A stretch of 64,000 bases of DNA. It comes from Nitrospirales bacterium (GTDB lineage Bacteria; Nitrospirota; Nitrospiria; Nitrospirales; UBA8639). A program made the position numbers and the translations under genes. Where the stretch lies: NCBI GenBank assembly GCA_965223295.1, contig CBDCWC010000003.1:256001-320000 (forward strand), read 5' to 3'. Under the pieces are notes generated by a model. It did no database searches, was not told the origin of the DNA, and was given only the letters and a program-made list of their open reading frames with translations. This document shows positions 29,453-38,311 of this stretch, in pieces. Position 1 is the stretch's first letter. Each line of letters begins with the position of its first letter.

Positions 29453-32400
29453 TGAAACGTGCTTTTGATATACTTGCAGCAGGTTTAGGACTTATCCTAG
29501 GTGCACCTATATTTCTTCTCCTCGCTTTCCTCGTCAAAATTGATTCACCGGGGCCTGTGTTCTTCAAACAAATTCGGGTTGGACAAGGTTTTCGGCATTT
29601 TTCTATTTTAAAATTTCGCACCATGCACGCGAATGTCTCAAAGGAAGGTGGAGAACTCACAATCGGACAAGATCCACGGATCACAGGGCTCGGAAAAGTC
29701 TTACGTCAGCTTAAGCTTGACGAACTTCCACAACTTTTGAATGTCATAAGGGGCGAGATGAGTCTCGTGGGGCCGAGACCCGAAGTTCCCCAATACGTTG
29801 ACCAGTTTCGTGAAGACTATGCGGAAATTTTAGAGGTTCGCCCAGGCTTAGTGGACCTTGCTTCCCTTAAGTATATTGATGAACAGATGATACTCGGAAA
29901 TGCCATAAATCCTGAAGAGGAATATCTCAAGACGATTCTCCCGGACAAAATCCGATTGGCTAAGTTATACGTTGCGCATTCCTCCTTTCTCATCGACGTA
30001 ACAATTATTCTGCAGACCTTACTTAAAATCGTTGGGATTCAAACCAACCTCTTAGTTGACAGTACGCAAAAAGACCGGGAAGAAATCTTCGTTCTACCGA
30101 ACTCTTCCATTCGTACTCATATTTTAAAGCATCGACATAAACTTGTCGTGACATTGGATTTAGGGCTTATCATATTAGCTAACTATATGGCTTTCTGGTT
30201 GAGATTTGATGGGCATATTCCATCAGAGATAAGCCACATGTTTTTCCAACTCTTCCCTATTCTCCTTCTGGTTAGAGGAGTTTCTTTTTCCTTATTTCGA
30301 TTGAACGAAGGACTTTGGCGGTATATCGGACTTTGGGATGTCAAAAACATCATTTGGGGAGTCCTTTCCGGAACCATTGTATATTTTCTTATTGTTCATT
30401 TCGGACTCGGATTTACTGAGTACCCTCGATCAGTGTTTGTCATTGACAGTATGTTATTGATCAGCCTTCTTGTTGGCATTCGACTCGTGGTCCGTCTATT
30501 TCGGATAGACAGAACCTCTAAACGCTCAAAACGTGTCTTGATTATCGGAGCAGGAAATACCGGAGAAAAAATTGTTCGAGAAATGCAAGAACATCCATCA
30601 TGTGCCTATTCACCAATTGGATTTCTTGACGATGATCCGTTGAAATTAGGACAGAGAATTCATGGAGTGAAAGTCCTTAGCACGTTAAAAGACCTTCCCA
30701 GAATTCTGGAGCTAGAAAATCCTGCAGAAATCTTAGTAGCGTTATCCCAATCAAATACCAATACTATCCGAAGCATCGTGAGTACCTTGGAGCCTTATAA
30801 GATTCCAATCAAAACCCTGCCAAAATTAGAAGACATTCTCAATGGAAAAGTCACAATTGGCCAAATCAGAGACTTAAAAATCGAAGACTTGCTCCAACGT
30901 CCCCCCGTGGGTATTGCGCGACAGATCCTTCCCCATTTTATCAAGGGCCGGCGAATCATGGTTACTGGTGCGGGAGGCTCTATTGGTTCGGAACTGTGCC
31001 GTCAGATTGTGTCATATAGCCCCGAAGCACTCATTCTGTATGAACGACATGAGAATAGTCTCTATCAGATTGCAAGTGAGCTGACCGACAGTGGACATTC
31101 TACCATCACACATGAGGTTTTAGGCGACATCACTGATTCTCTTCATCTCAAGGAAACGATGCAGAAGCATAAACCTCATGTCGTTTTCCATGCAGCAGCA
31201 CATAAGCACGTCCCGTTAATGGAATCGAATCCCTGCGAAGCCTTTAAAAATAATATCCTTGGAACCCACCGCGTCGCAAAAGCCGCCCAACAAGCTGGAG
31301 TAGAACGATTTGTCTTGATTTCGACAGACAAGGCTGTGAATCCCACCAGCGTGATGGGAGCCACAAAGCGAGGAGCCGAATTGGTCGTGAGAAGCTTGGC
31401 TCAAACAAGCCAAACGTGCTTTTTGACTGTCCGATTTGGAAATGTACTAGGGAGCAACGGAAGCGTGGTGCCAAGATTTCAGAAACAAATTCGTGCAGGC
31501 GGACCGGTAACCGTGACACACCCCGACGTTCGTCGGTACTTCATGTCAATTCCCGAAGCCGTTGAATTGGTACTACAAACCTCAACACTCAGTGAGCAAG
31601 GAGCTCTTTACGTATTAGATATGGGTCAACAAATAAAGCTGTTAGATTTGGCACGCCACCTCATTCGTCTCTCTGGATTTCTCCCTGAAAAGGAAATTCC
31701 TATCCAGTTTGTGGGTCTTCGACAAGGAGAAAAGCTAGAAGAAGAGCTAGTAGGAACTGGCGAAAAAACAGACCGTTCCCCAATAGAGAAAATTTTCCAA
31801 ATAAAATCTGAAACTTCTCAAGACTTCACATTACTCAATCAGGTACTCGAAACCTTTAAAAATGTAAGCTTTTTGAACTCTCCATCGTTCGTGATACATC
31901 AATTGCAACAACTTGTTCCAACATTTTTACACTCTGAGAATGACAGGGTAGTTGAAAACTGGGAACCCTGCATAGAAAATGTTCACAACGATTCGAAAAC
32001 AATTCTCGTTGTCGACGATGATGAATCTGGACGAAGAGCTATACGGGCTCTCCTGGAAAATGAAGGATATACATGTCTTGAGGCAGAACACGGAGGCAAG
32101 GCATTGGATCTTCTGGGCCAGGCTCAGGTGGACCTGGTCATCACCGACAATAGAATGCCTGTCTTAACTGGATTAGACTTTCTTGAACAGCTGTCAAAAT
32201 CAGCACCCTCTAAGCTGCTTCCAGTGGTTGTTTTTAGTGGCAATTTAGGCCCACAGGATAAGGAGAGAGCGTTCAAAGCTGGTGCCTGCGCGGTTCTCGA
32301 CAAACCTCATGGTGTGGTAAAATTAGTGCCAAAGATCAATCAAATCTTTACTCAACAGAGTACAAGTAGCAGGGAAAGAGTCATGCCTCACGTCAACTAG
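29449..32400 (+). CDS. Fusion: phosphoglycosyl transferase + UDP-HexNAc 4,6-dehydratase (CapD/PglF type) + C-terminal receiver domain
   Basis: KRAFD...KFRTM...LDELPQLLNV.RGEMSLVGPRPE; 4 TMs; GAGGSIGSE, HAAAHKHVP, ISTDKAVNP, RFGNVLGS; ILVVDDD...VITDNRMP...FSG...DKP. Confidence 0.93.
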   Translation: MMKRAFDILAAGLGLILGAPIFLLLAFLVKIDSPGPVFFKQIRVGQGFRHFSILKFRTMHANVSKEGGELTIGQDPRITGLGKVLRQLKLDELPQLLNVIRGEMSLVGPRPEVPQYVDQFREDYAEILEVRPGLVDLASLKYIDEQMILGNAINPEEEYLKTILPDKIRLAKLYVAHSSFLIDVTIILQTLLKIVGIQTNLLVDSTQKDREEIFVLPNSSIRTHILKHRHKLVVTLDLGLIILANYMAFWLRFDGHIPSEISHMFFQLFPILLLVRGVSFSLFRLNEGLWRYIGLWDVKNIIWGVLSGTIVYFLIVHFGLGFTEYPRSVFVIDSMLLISLLVGIRLVVRLFRIDRTSKRSKRVLIIGAGNTGEKIVREMQEHPSCAYSPIGFLDDDPLKLGQRIHGVKVLSTLKDLPRILELENPAEILVALSQSNTNTIRSIVSTLEPYKIPIKTLPKLEDILNGKVTIGQIRDLKIEDLLQRPPVGIARQILPHFIKGRRIMVTGAGGSIGSELCRQIVSYSPEALILYERHENSLYQIASELTDSGHSTITHEVLGDITDSLHLKETMQKHKPHVVFHAAAHKHVPLMESNPCEAFKNNILGTHRVAKAAQQAGVERFVLISTDKAVNPTSVMGATKRGAELVVRSLAQTSQTCFLTVRFGNVLGSNGSVVPRFQKQIRAGGPVTVTHPDVRRYFMSIPEAVELVLQTSTLSEQGALYVLDMGQQIKLLDLARHLIRLSGFLPEKEIPIQFVGLRQGEKLEEELVGTGEKTDRSPIEKIFQIKSETSQDFTLLNQVLETFKNVSFLNSPSFVIHQLQQLVPTFLHSENDRVVENWEPCIENVHNDSKTILVVDDDESGRRAIRALLENEGYTCLEAEHGGKALDLLGQAQVDLVITDNRMPVLTGLDFLEQLSKSAPSKLLPVVVFSGNLGPQDKERAFKAGACAVLDKPHGVVKLVPKINQIFTQQSTSSRERVMPHVN

Positions 32401-32502
32401 TTCTCTACGTTCCCTTGGCCTTGCAATCTGATATCTTCGCTCTTTACTATAAGTCAGATATCTCACCACTTGTACCTTGAGGGGAAGGTTTATCAAAACA
32501 CT

Positions 32503-33159
32503 ATGAACAGAATACGTTTTTTAAATTTAGTGACGCTATGTTTTATGATGACTGCCTGCCAATCGGTCGGAAGCGGTTTAAAGACAGTTGATGTCTCTGA
32601 ATTAGATTCCAATGGCTTTCCTATCCACACGTCAAATCAAAATCCTGACAACGAGAGATATATCATCAAGCCGGGTGATCAGTTAAGCGTGAAATTCTTT
32701 TTCAACCCCGAATTAAATGAAGAAGATCTGATAGTTCGGCCTGATGGATTTATTTCGCTTCAATTGGCACATGAAATCCAGACAGCGGGTCTTACTCCAT
32801 CGGAACTGACCAAGATCTTAGCAAAAAAGTACGCTGGACAGCTCAAAAATCCTGAAATTGCGGTGATCGTCCGATCAATCAAAGAGGCCAACAAAATTTA
32901 TGTCGATGGTCAAGTTGGGGCACCGGGAGAATTTGAAATGATTGGAACCCTCACCGTGTTACAGGCCATTTCCCTCGCCAGAGGGATGACTGAAGACACC
33001 GCTGACAAGAATAACGTGGTAGTCATACGCCGTGATCAGGGCGGCAAGCCATTCGCCATAAAGGTCGATCTAAATGCAGCACTCAGTGGAAGAGATCTCA
33101 CTCAAAACATTCAGTTACTGCCTCATGACACTGTCTATGTACCAAGATCGTTTTGGTGA
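32503..33159 (+). CDS. wza: Short polysaccharide export lipoprotein (Wza/OPX)
   Basis: Lipobox MTAC; YIIKPGDQL...VRPDGFISL (Poly_export); one SLBB domain; ends LLPHDTVYVPRSFW with no C-terminal membrane helix. Confidence 0.88.
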   Translation: MNRIRFLNLVTLCFMMTACQSVGSGLKTVDVSELDSNGFPIHTSNQNPDNERYIIKPGDQLSVKFFFNPELNEEDLIVRPDGFISLQLAHEIQTAGLTPSELTKILAKKYAGQLKNPEIAVIVRSIKEANKIYVDGQVGAPGEFEMIGTLTVLQAISLARGMTEDTADKNNVVVIRRDQGGKPFAIKVDLNAALSGRDLTQNIQLLPHDTVYVPRSFW

Positions 33160-33163
33160 GGCC

Positions 33164-34357
33164 ATGATGAGAATAGGAGCTTTTCAGATGACATCGTCCC
33201 GCCCAAGACATTTCTCAATGATAGTGGGAACTTCGCACCGAACGTACCGGTGGCTCGTATTCATATCTTTTATGATTTTACCCCAGATGGACATCGCAGA
33301 ACTTCAAGCGATTGCTCAGACTTTACCTCAATCAGAAATTGAAGGCTCTTTGAGCCAGGAAAGTTTGGATGAAGCAGCGAATCAAACCTACTCCATCATG
33401 CAACAACAGCTTCAGGCGTATCAGAAACGGTTAGAAGCCTCTGAACGTCGGCTACAGGACTTCAAACAAATACATGGCATCATTTCGCTTGAAACTCAAA
33501 TCAATCTTCTTCTTCAGCAACGTAATGCGCTAGATGACTCGTTTAAAATAGAACAGAATCGCGCTCAGGGCCTTCGAGAAAAGTTGGCTTGGGTACAAGA
33601 TAGAATTAGCCAGGTGCCTAAAGAAATTCCCTTGTCGAGTGTTTTGAGCTCCGAACAAGGAATTATAGGCCAGGCCAAAAATAATTTACTTACACTTCAA
33701 CTGCAGGAACAAGAACTCCTAAATAAATATACTGAAAAAAACCCCCATGTCCAATCGCTTCGAAAAGAAATGGAATTAGTTTCTCAGTTTATCGAGGAAC
33801 AAGAGGCCAACTTGGCGGGAAGCGTGACGACAGGAAAGAACCCGTTGTATCAGGAAATGGAAATGCAGCTCTTTCATACTCAGGCTGATCTGGTTTCGGC
33901 CAAAGCTCAAAGTCAAGTCATTGCTCAACAAATTTCTGAAATTGATAAAAAACTTGAGGAGCTTCGAAGCTTAGAAGTTGAATTTGAGGAATTGAGCCGC
34001 CAGGTTAAAGCCGATGAAAGAAATTACTTGAATTATCTCACCAAAGTTGGAACGACCCCTCCGCAAGATTACCAGATTCAGGTTGGGGATCATCTTGACA
34101 TTAAATTCTTTTTCAACCCTGAACTAAATGAATCTGTTTTGGTGAGACCCGATGGCCGAATTGCCTTGCAATTAGTAGGTGAATTTCCTGTCGTTGGACA
34201 TACAGTTAAAGAATTACGAGAAATCCTGATGAAGAATTATTCAACCCAACTCAAGAACCCCGAAGTTGCGGTATTACTTCGGTCCTCGAATGTTCCAGGA
34301 GACAGTGTAGGAGCAATCGAGGCTGAACCCCGCTCAGAGAATCACAATGGACGATGA
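33164..34357 (+). CDS. Chimeric protein: Wzc/GumC-like coiled coil + C-terminal Wza Poly_export domain
   Basis: Central region parallels 34347..35831 (QLQAYQKRL/QLQSYEKKL; VTTGKNPLYQ/VTSGKNPIFQ). C-terminus parallels Wza (KFFFNPELNE...VRPDG...QLKNPE). Start uncertain. Confidence 0.85.
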   Translation: MMRIGAFQMTSSRPRHFSMIVGTSHRTYRWLVFISFMILPQMDIAELQAIAQTLPQSEIEGSLSQESLDEAANQTYSIMQQQLQAYQKRLEASERRLQDFKQIHGIISLETQINLLLQQRNALDDSFKIEQNRAQGLREKLAWVQDRISQVPKEIPLSSVLSSEQGIIGQAKNNLLTLQLQEQELLNKYTEKNPHVQSLRKEMELVSQFIEEQEANLAGSVTTGKNPLYQEMEMQLFHTQADLVSAKAQSQVIAQQISEIDKKLEELRSLEVEFEELSRQVKADERNYLNYLTKVGTTPPQDYQIQVGDHLDIKFFFNPELNESVLVRPDGRIALQLVGEFPVVGHTVKELREILMKNYSTQLKNPEVAVLLRSSNVPGDSVGAIEAEPRSENHNGR

Positions 34358-35831
34358 AACCATAATTGAAAATGCCGTGGCACCCTATCCTTTAGGAAGT
34401 TTGCGAGACATTCTCACAACCATTTTTAAGCACAGAGGTAAAATCCTCCTAGGTTTCCTTCTAGCATTCCTACCTGTCATCGGATGGGTCTTTTTATCCA
34501 CGCCCCACTTTATGGCTGATGCCAGTATCGTACTAAAATTTGGAAGAGAACATATCGTACGACCAGAAGTAGGCACTGCAAAAGAATATGTAGACTTTGA
34601 CCAAGGGGCGGCGATTCAAACAGAGCTCAATATAATTTTTAGTAGAGATCTAGCTAGAAAAATCGTACAGAGCATCGGAATTCATAACCTCTACCCTCAG
34701 TTAGCTGACTCTCCACTCGAGGAAAGTCAACTCATCGCTTCCGCTACATCCAAATTTTTAAAAAATTTGACGGCTGATTCTGTGAACTATTCTAATGTGA
34801 TTGAACTGACATTCTCACATCATGATCCACAAATAGCAGCAACAGCCCTCAACACTCTTATTGATTTGTTGAAGGGGAAACACCTTCAAGTGTTTAGTGA
34901 TCCCAAGGCCTCATTTTTAACGAATCAACTACAGAGCTATGAAAAAAAGCTCAAAGATTCAGAGGAAGGACTGCAAAATTTTAAACGCAAACACAACCTT
35001 TCTTCTCCTCTAAAGCAACATCAACAACGCCTTCTTGATCAGAGGGCAGAATTGGATACGGAATATAAAAAAATCAGGAATGAAATACAAGGCCTAAAAA
35101 GCAAAAGTATAGCACTTGAAGCACAACTGAAAACAGTTCCCCAGACTATTCCACTTACCACTACGGAAGGAGAAGGGGTTTTAAAACAAGCCCGTGAAGA
35201 TTTGTTTGAGCTCAAGCGCCAGGAACAGAGTCTGTTGGGGAAGTACACGGAAGACAGTCTTCCCATTCAAAACCTTCAAAAAGAAATTGAACTTCTAGAG
35301 ATATTTATCAGTCAACAACCCAATGACGAACGTTCAAACACCGTCACAAGTGGGAAAAACCCCATCTTTCAAAACCTGGAGATTGCAAAACTAGAAACTT
35401 CCTCTGCTCTTAAAACGAAACAGGCTAGCATGGAAGTCATTGCTGATCAAATCAAGGAGCTGGACAATAAAATTTTGAGTCTTGATCAATTAAATGAAGA
35501 ACTAACAGTGCTGGAAAGGCAAAAAACGACAGATGAACAAAATGTTCAATTGTATCTGGGAAAAGTGGAAGAAGCCAAAGTTTCAGAAGAGATGGATCGC
35601 CTCCACATGTCCAATATTAGCGTCATCCAAGCAGCAGAAGTCCCTCTACAGCCGACTGGTCGCTCAGCCACACTTAAACTGTTGCTAGGAACTCTCCTTA
35701 GCACAGTCGTCGGCTTTGGCATTGCATTCCTTTCTGAATTCTTGGGTGGCACATACACAAGGCCAGCTCAAGCCACGCAAGATTTAGGGCTTCCAGTGCT
35801 GGCTTCTTTCTATCAAAAAAGTGCGAGTTAG
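34347..35831 (+). CDS. Polysaccharide co-polymerase (Wzc/GumC-type, no kinase domain)
   Basis: SLRDILTTIFKH + TM1, long coiled coil, NISVIQAAEVPLQP + TM2, LGLPVLA tail. Confidence 0.9.
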   Translation: MDDETIIENAVAPYPLGSLRDILTTIFKHRGKILLGFLLAFLPVIGWVFLSTPHFMADASIVLKFGREHIVRPEVGTAKEYVDFDQGAAIQTELNIIFSRDLARKIVQSIGIHNLYPQLADSPLEESQLIASATSKFLKNLTADSVNYSNVIELTFSHHDPQIAATALNTLIDLLKGKHLQVFSDPKASFLTNQLQSYEKKLKDSEEGLQNFKRKHNLSSPLKQHQQRLLDQRAELDTEYKKIRNEIQGLKSKSIALEAQLKTVPQTIPLTTTEGEGVLKQAREDLFELKRQEQSLLGKYTEDSLPIQNLQKEIELLEIFISQQPNDERSNTVTSGKNPIFQNLEIAKLETSSALKTKQASMEVIADQIKELDNKILSLDQLNEELTVLERQKTTDEQNVQLYLGKVEEAKVSEEMDRLHMSNISVIQAAEVPLQPTGRSATLKLLLGTLLSTVVGFGIAFLSEFLGGTYTRPAQATQDLGLPVLASFYQKSAS

Positions 35832-35834
35832 ACA

Positions 35835-37313
35835 ATGTACCTATCTTTTTATGGGCTTCAAAAAGAACCATTTCATACCACACCCGATCCCCACTTTCTT
35901 TTTTTAAGTCCCAGCCATAAAGAAGCTCTTGGCACAATTATTTATGGTATAGAAAAAAAGAAAGGATTTGTGGCGATACTTGGGGAAGTCGGTGTCGGCA
36001 AAACAACTATTCTGCGAGCTTATCTTGAAGGTAAGCGTCAGAACAAACACAAAACGGTATATATATTCAACCCAGTACTGACGTATCAGGAACTTCTGAA
36101 GTCCATACTACGCGGGCTGGATCTAGTTCCAACTCATAGTGATCTCAGTGAAATGATCAACCAACTCCATGAAGCACTCATCATGGAATATCGCTCCAAC
36201 AGTACTGTGGTCGTCGTCATCGACGAAGCTCAAAACATCCCTATAGATACGCTGGAAAACCTTCGAATGCTCTCTAACCTTGAAACCTCAACCGATAAAC
36301 TTATTCAATTTATCTTAATTGGCCAGCCCGAACTTGAAGCACTACTCAACCAACCAAGGTTGCGTCAGCTTCAACAACGAATAGCCATTCAAGCAACAAT
36401 TACCACTCTGACGCTCAAAGAAAGTCAAGATTACATCAAACATCGCATTGCAAGAGCTTCAACTGGTGAACCACGGGTATTTTCCAAGGGGGCCATACAG
36501 CTTATTTGTAAGCATGCACAAGGAGTTCCACGACGCATTAATATGATTTGCGATAATTCACTTAGCACTGGATTTGGGTATCAGGAAAAACCTGTGACAA
36601 CTAAAGTCGTGAAAGAGATCATTGGTGATGGAAGCACACCCGGGTCCTTTCGTCCGTTTAAATGGGTAGCTGCCATCGCGGCTGGCGCCATTTTGTTCTC
36701 AGGATTTTTTATTTGGAAAAACTATCCTCTTAAGGAGAATTTTGACATCTTATCTATTTTCTCAGATAGATCATCCGCCTCAAACACTCAGGTGATGGCA
36801 CAAAAGATATCCGCAGAGACTACTGGGTCAGTCATCGAGCAGGTAAGAGATATGAACGAAAACGAAACCCTCTTAGAGGCTTCCCCACCTCAAGCTTTCA
36901 ATGATATTTCCGAAAAATCTTTATTGCAGAGTTCCTCCTTAAACAAAACGCAATCTCCAGGGAAAGAGATTCAAAAAACAATCGCTAAGGACGACAAAAA
37001 AGTTCCTGTGGCACTAGAAGAAACAGTTCCTAGTACTATCTTTCCTAAACAACAACCACCTGATAAAACTCAGACCGGACCTAACACCATGATCCTTAGC
37101 CAATCAAAGTCTTTTCCGAGGCAAGATTCGACCTCTCCTAGAGTGCGGTCAGTGAATAGCGGAGAAAGCCTCAGCCAAATCACCAAGGAAGTGTATGGCT
37201 CATTTGCTCCGGAGCATCTTTCATGGATCACACAACATAATCCAGACATAGTTGACCCAGATCTTATCCATGTTGGACAGCAATTGGTACTCCCGGATTT
37301 TTCCAAGGAGTAA
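35835..37313 (+). CDS. ExeA/GspA-type AAA ATPase with TM helix and C-terminal LysM domain
   Basis: MYLSFYGL..EPF..TPDP, GEVGVGKTT, VIDEAQN, LIGQPEL, GVPRRIN; VNSGESLSQI...NPDIVDPDLIHVGQQLVLP. Confidence 0.9.
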   Translation: MYLSFYGLQKEPFHTTPDPHFLFLSPSHKEALGTIIYGIEKKKGFVAILGEVGVGKTTILRAYLEGKRQNKHKTVYIFNPVLTYQELLKSILRGLDLVPTHSDLSEMINQLHEALIMEYRSNSTVVVVIDEAQNIPIDTLENLRMLSNLETSTDKLIQFILIGQPELEALLNQPRLRQLQQRIAIQATITTLTLKESQDYIKHRIARASTGEPRVFSKGAIQLICKHAQGVPRRINMICDNSLSTGFGYQEKPVTTKVVKEIIGDGSTPGSFRPFKWVAAIAAGAILFSGFFIWKNYPLKENFDILSIFSDRSSASNTQVMAQKISAETTGSVIEQVRDMNENETLLEASPPQAFNDISEKSLLQSSSLNKTQSPGKEIQKTIAKDDKKVPVALEETVPSTIFPKQQPPDKTQTGPNTMILSQSKSFPRQDSTSPRVRSVNSGESLSQITKEVYGSFAPEHLSWITQHNPDIVDPDLIHVGQQLVLPDFSKE

Positions 37314-37322
37314 TGTGATTCA

Positions 37323-38081
37323 ATGAGTAAAATTTACGACGCTCTGCAAATTGCATACGGCGAACGACTCATTACTGAGAACGGATCAAAGGCTGCACCA
37401 GCTGTCAGCTCGTCTGCTCTTCTAAAAATAGACAGCCCATTTTCTATTTCTCGGCAGTACAAGGAGGCAGAACTTCTAGGGCTTGCCCAACATATTGCAG
37501 CCCGACTAGGGGATCCAAAGAAAAATGTCATTCAATTCATTGGCACTCAAAAAGGGGAAGGAACTTCTACGCTGGTCCGAGAGTTCGCTATGGTTTTAGC
37601 TCAACATAGCACCAAACCAATATTGCTGGTTGAAGCTGATTTAATCCAACCTTCACAGTATCAGGCCTTTGGCATTGATCCCAAACCGCCATTAGAGAAT
37701 CTTTTTGAAGAGGGAAAAGCTCTTGAAGGAGTGGTATCTCAAATTGAGGAATCAAATCTCTATGTTGCAACTCTCTCATCGAAAGTGCAGTCCGCTCTTA
37801 CGGGACAAACCAAGAGTCATGGGAAGACAATGTGGGATAGGGTTCGGGACGAATTTGGACTAATCTTAATTGACTCGTCTCCAGCTCGTGTTACCCCAGA
37901 TAGCCTGGCACTTTGCAATACCGTCGACGGAATTGTTTTCGTGTTGCAAGCTGAAAAAACTCGCTCGACTGTTGCCAATAGTGTCAAGGAACAGATTTTT
38001 ATGCGTGGCGGGAATATATTGGGGCTCGTTCTGACCAAGCTCAAGTTTCACATCCCCGAAGGTATTTACAAGTTACTTTAG
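37323..38081 (+). CDS. CpsD/CapB-like BY-kinase homologue, probably a pseudokinase
   Basis: MSKIYDAL; Walker A GEGTST (Lys>Thr), A' LLVEAD, B ILIDSSP; no Tyr-rich tail. Confidence 0.85.
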   Translation: MSKIYDALQIAYGERLITENGSKAAPAVSSSALLKIDSPFSISRQYKEAELLGLAQHIAARLGDPKKNVIQFIGTQKGEGTSTLVREFAMVLAQHSTKPILLVEADLIQPSQYQAFGIDPKPPLENLFEEGKALEGVVSQIEESNLYVATLSSKVQSALTGQTKSHGKTMWDRVRDEFGLILIDSSPARVTPDSLALCNTVDGIVFVLQAEKTRSTVANSVKEQIFMRGGNILGLVLTKLKFHIPEGIYKLL

Positions 38082-38311
38082 TAGGTTCCGCCTGCCAAAA
38101 GCTTAAGTGGCATCCATGCCGAGACTCTCATCTTCTCATTACCAGGTCCACCTCGATTAACCATACGTAGCTACCTGTTTCTACTTTGTCTGTAGGCAAG
38201 TTCGAGACGATTCACATTTAACCAGGTAAGCTGGTTTCTGAAGAGTACTATATAGCTTTGCTCATTGAAAATGAAGCCAAAGGTAACCAATAAGCGATTG
38301 AGTTTCTCTTC

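Noticed and set aside
33074-33163. Longer N-terminus for the chimera; likewise 46367-46504 and 60067-60189
   Set aside because: These extensions overlap the upstream gene or run through non-coding/repeat DNA; downstream ATGs fit better.
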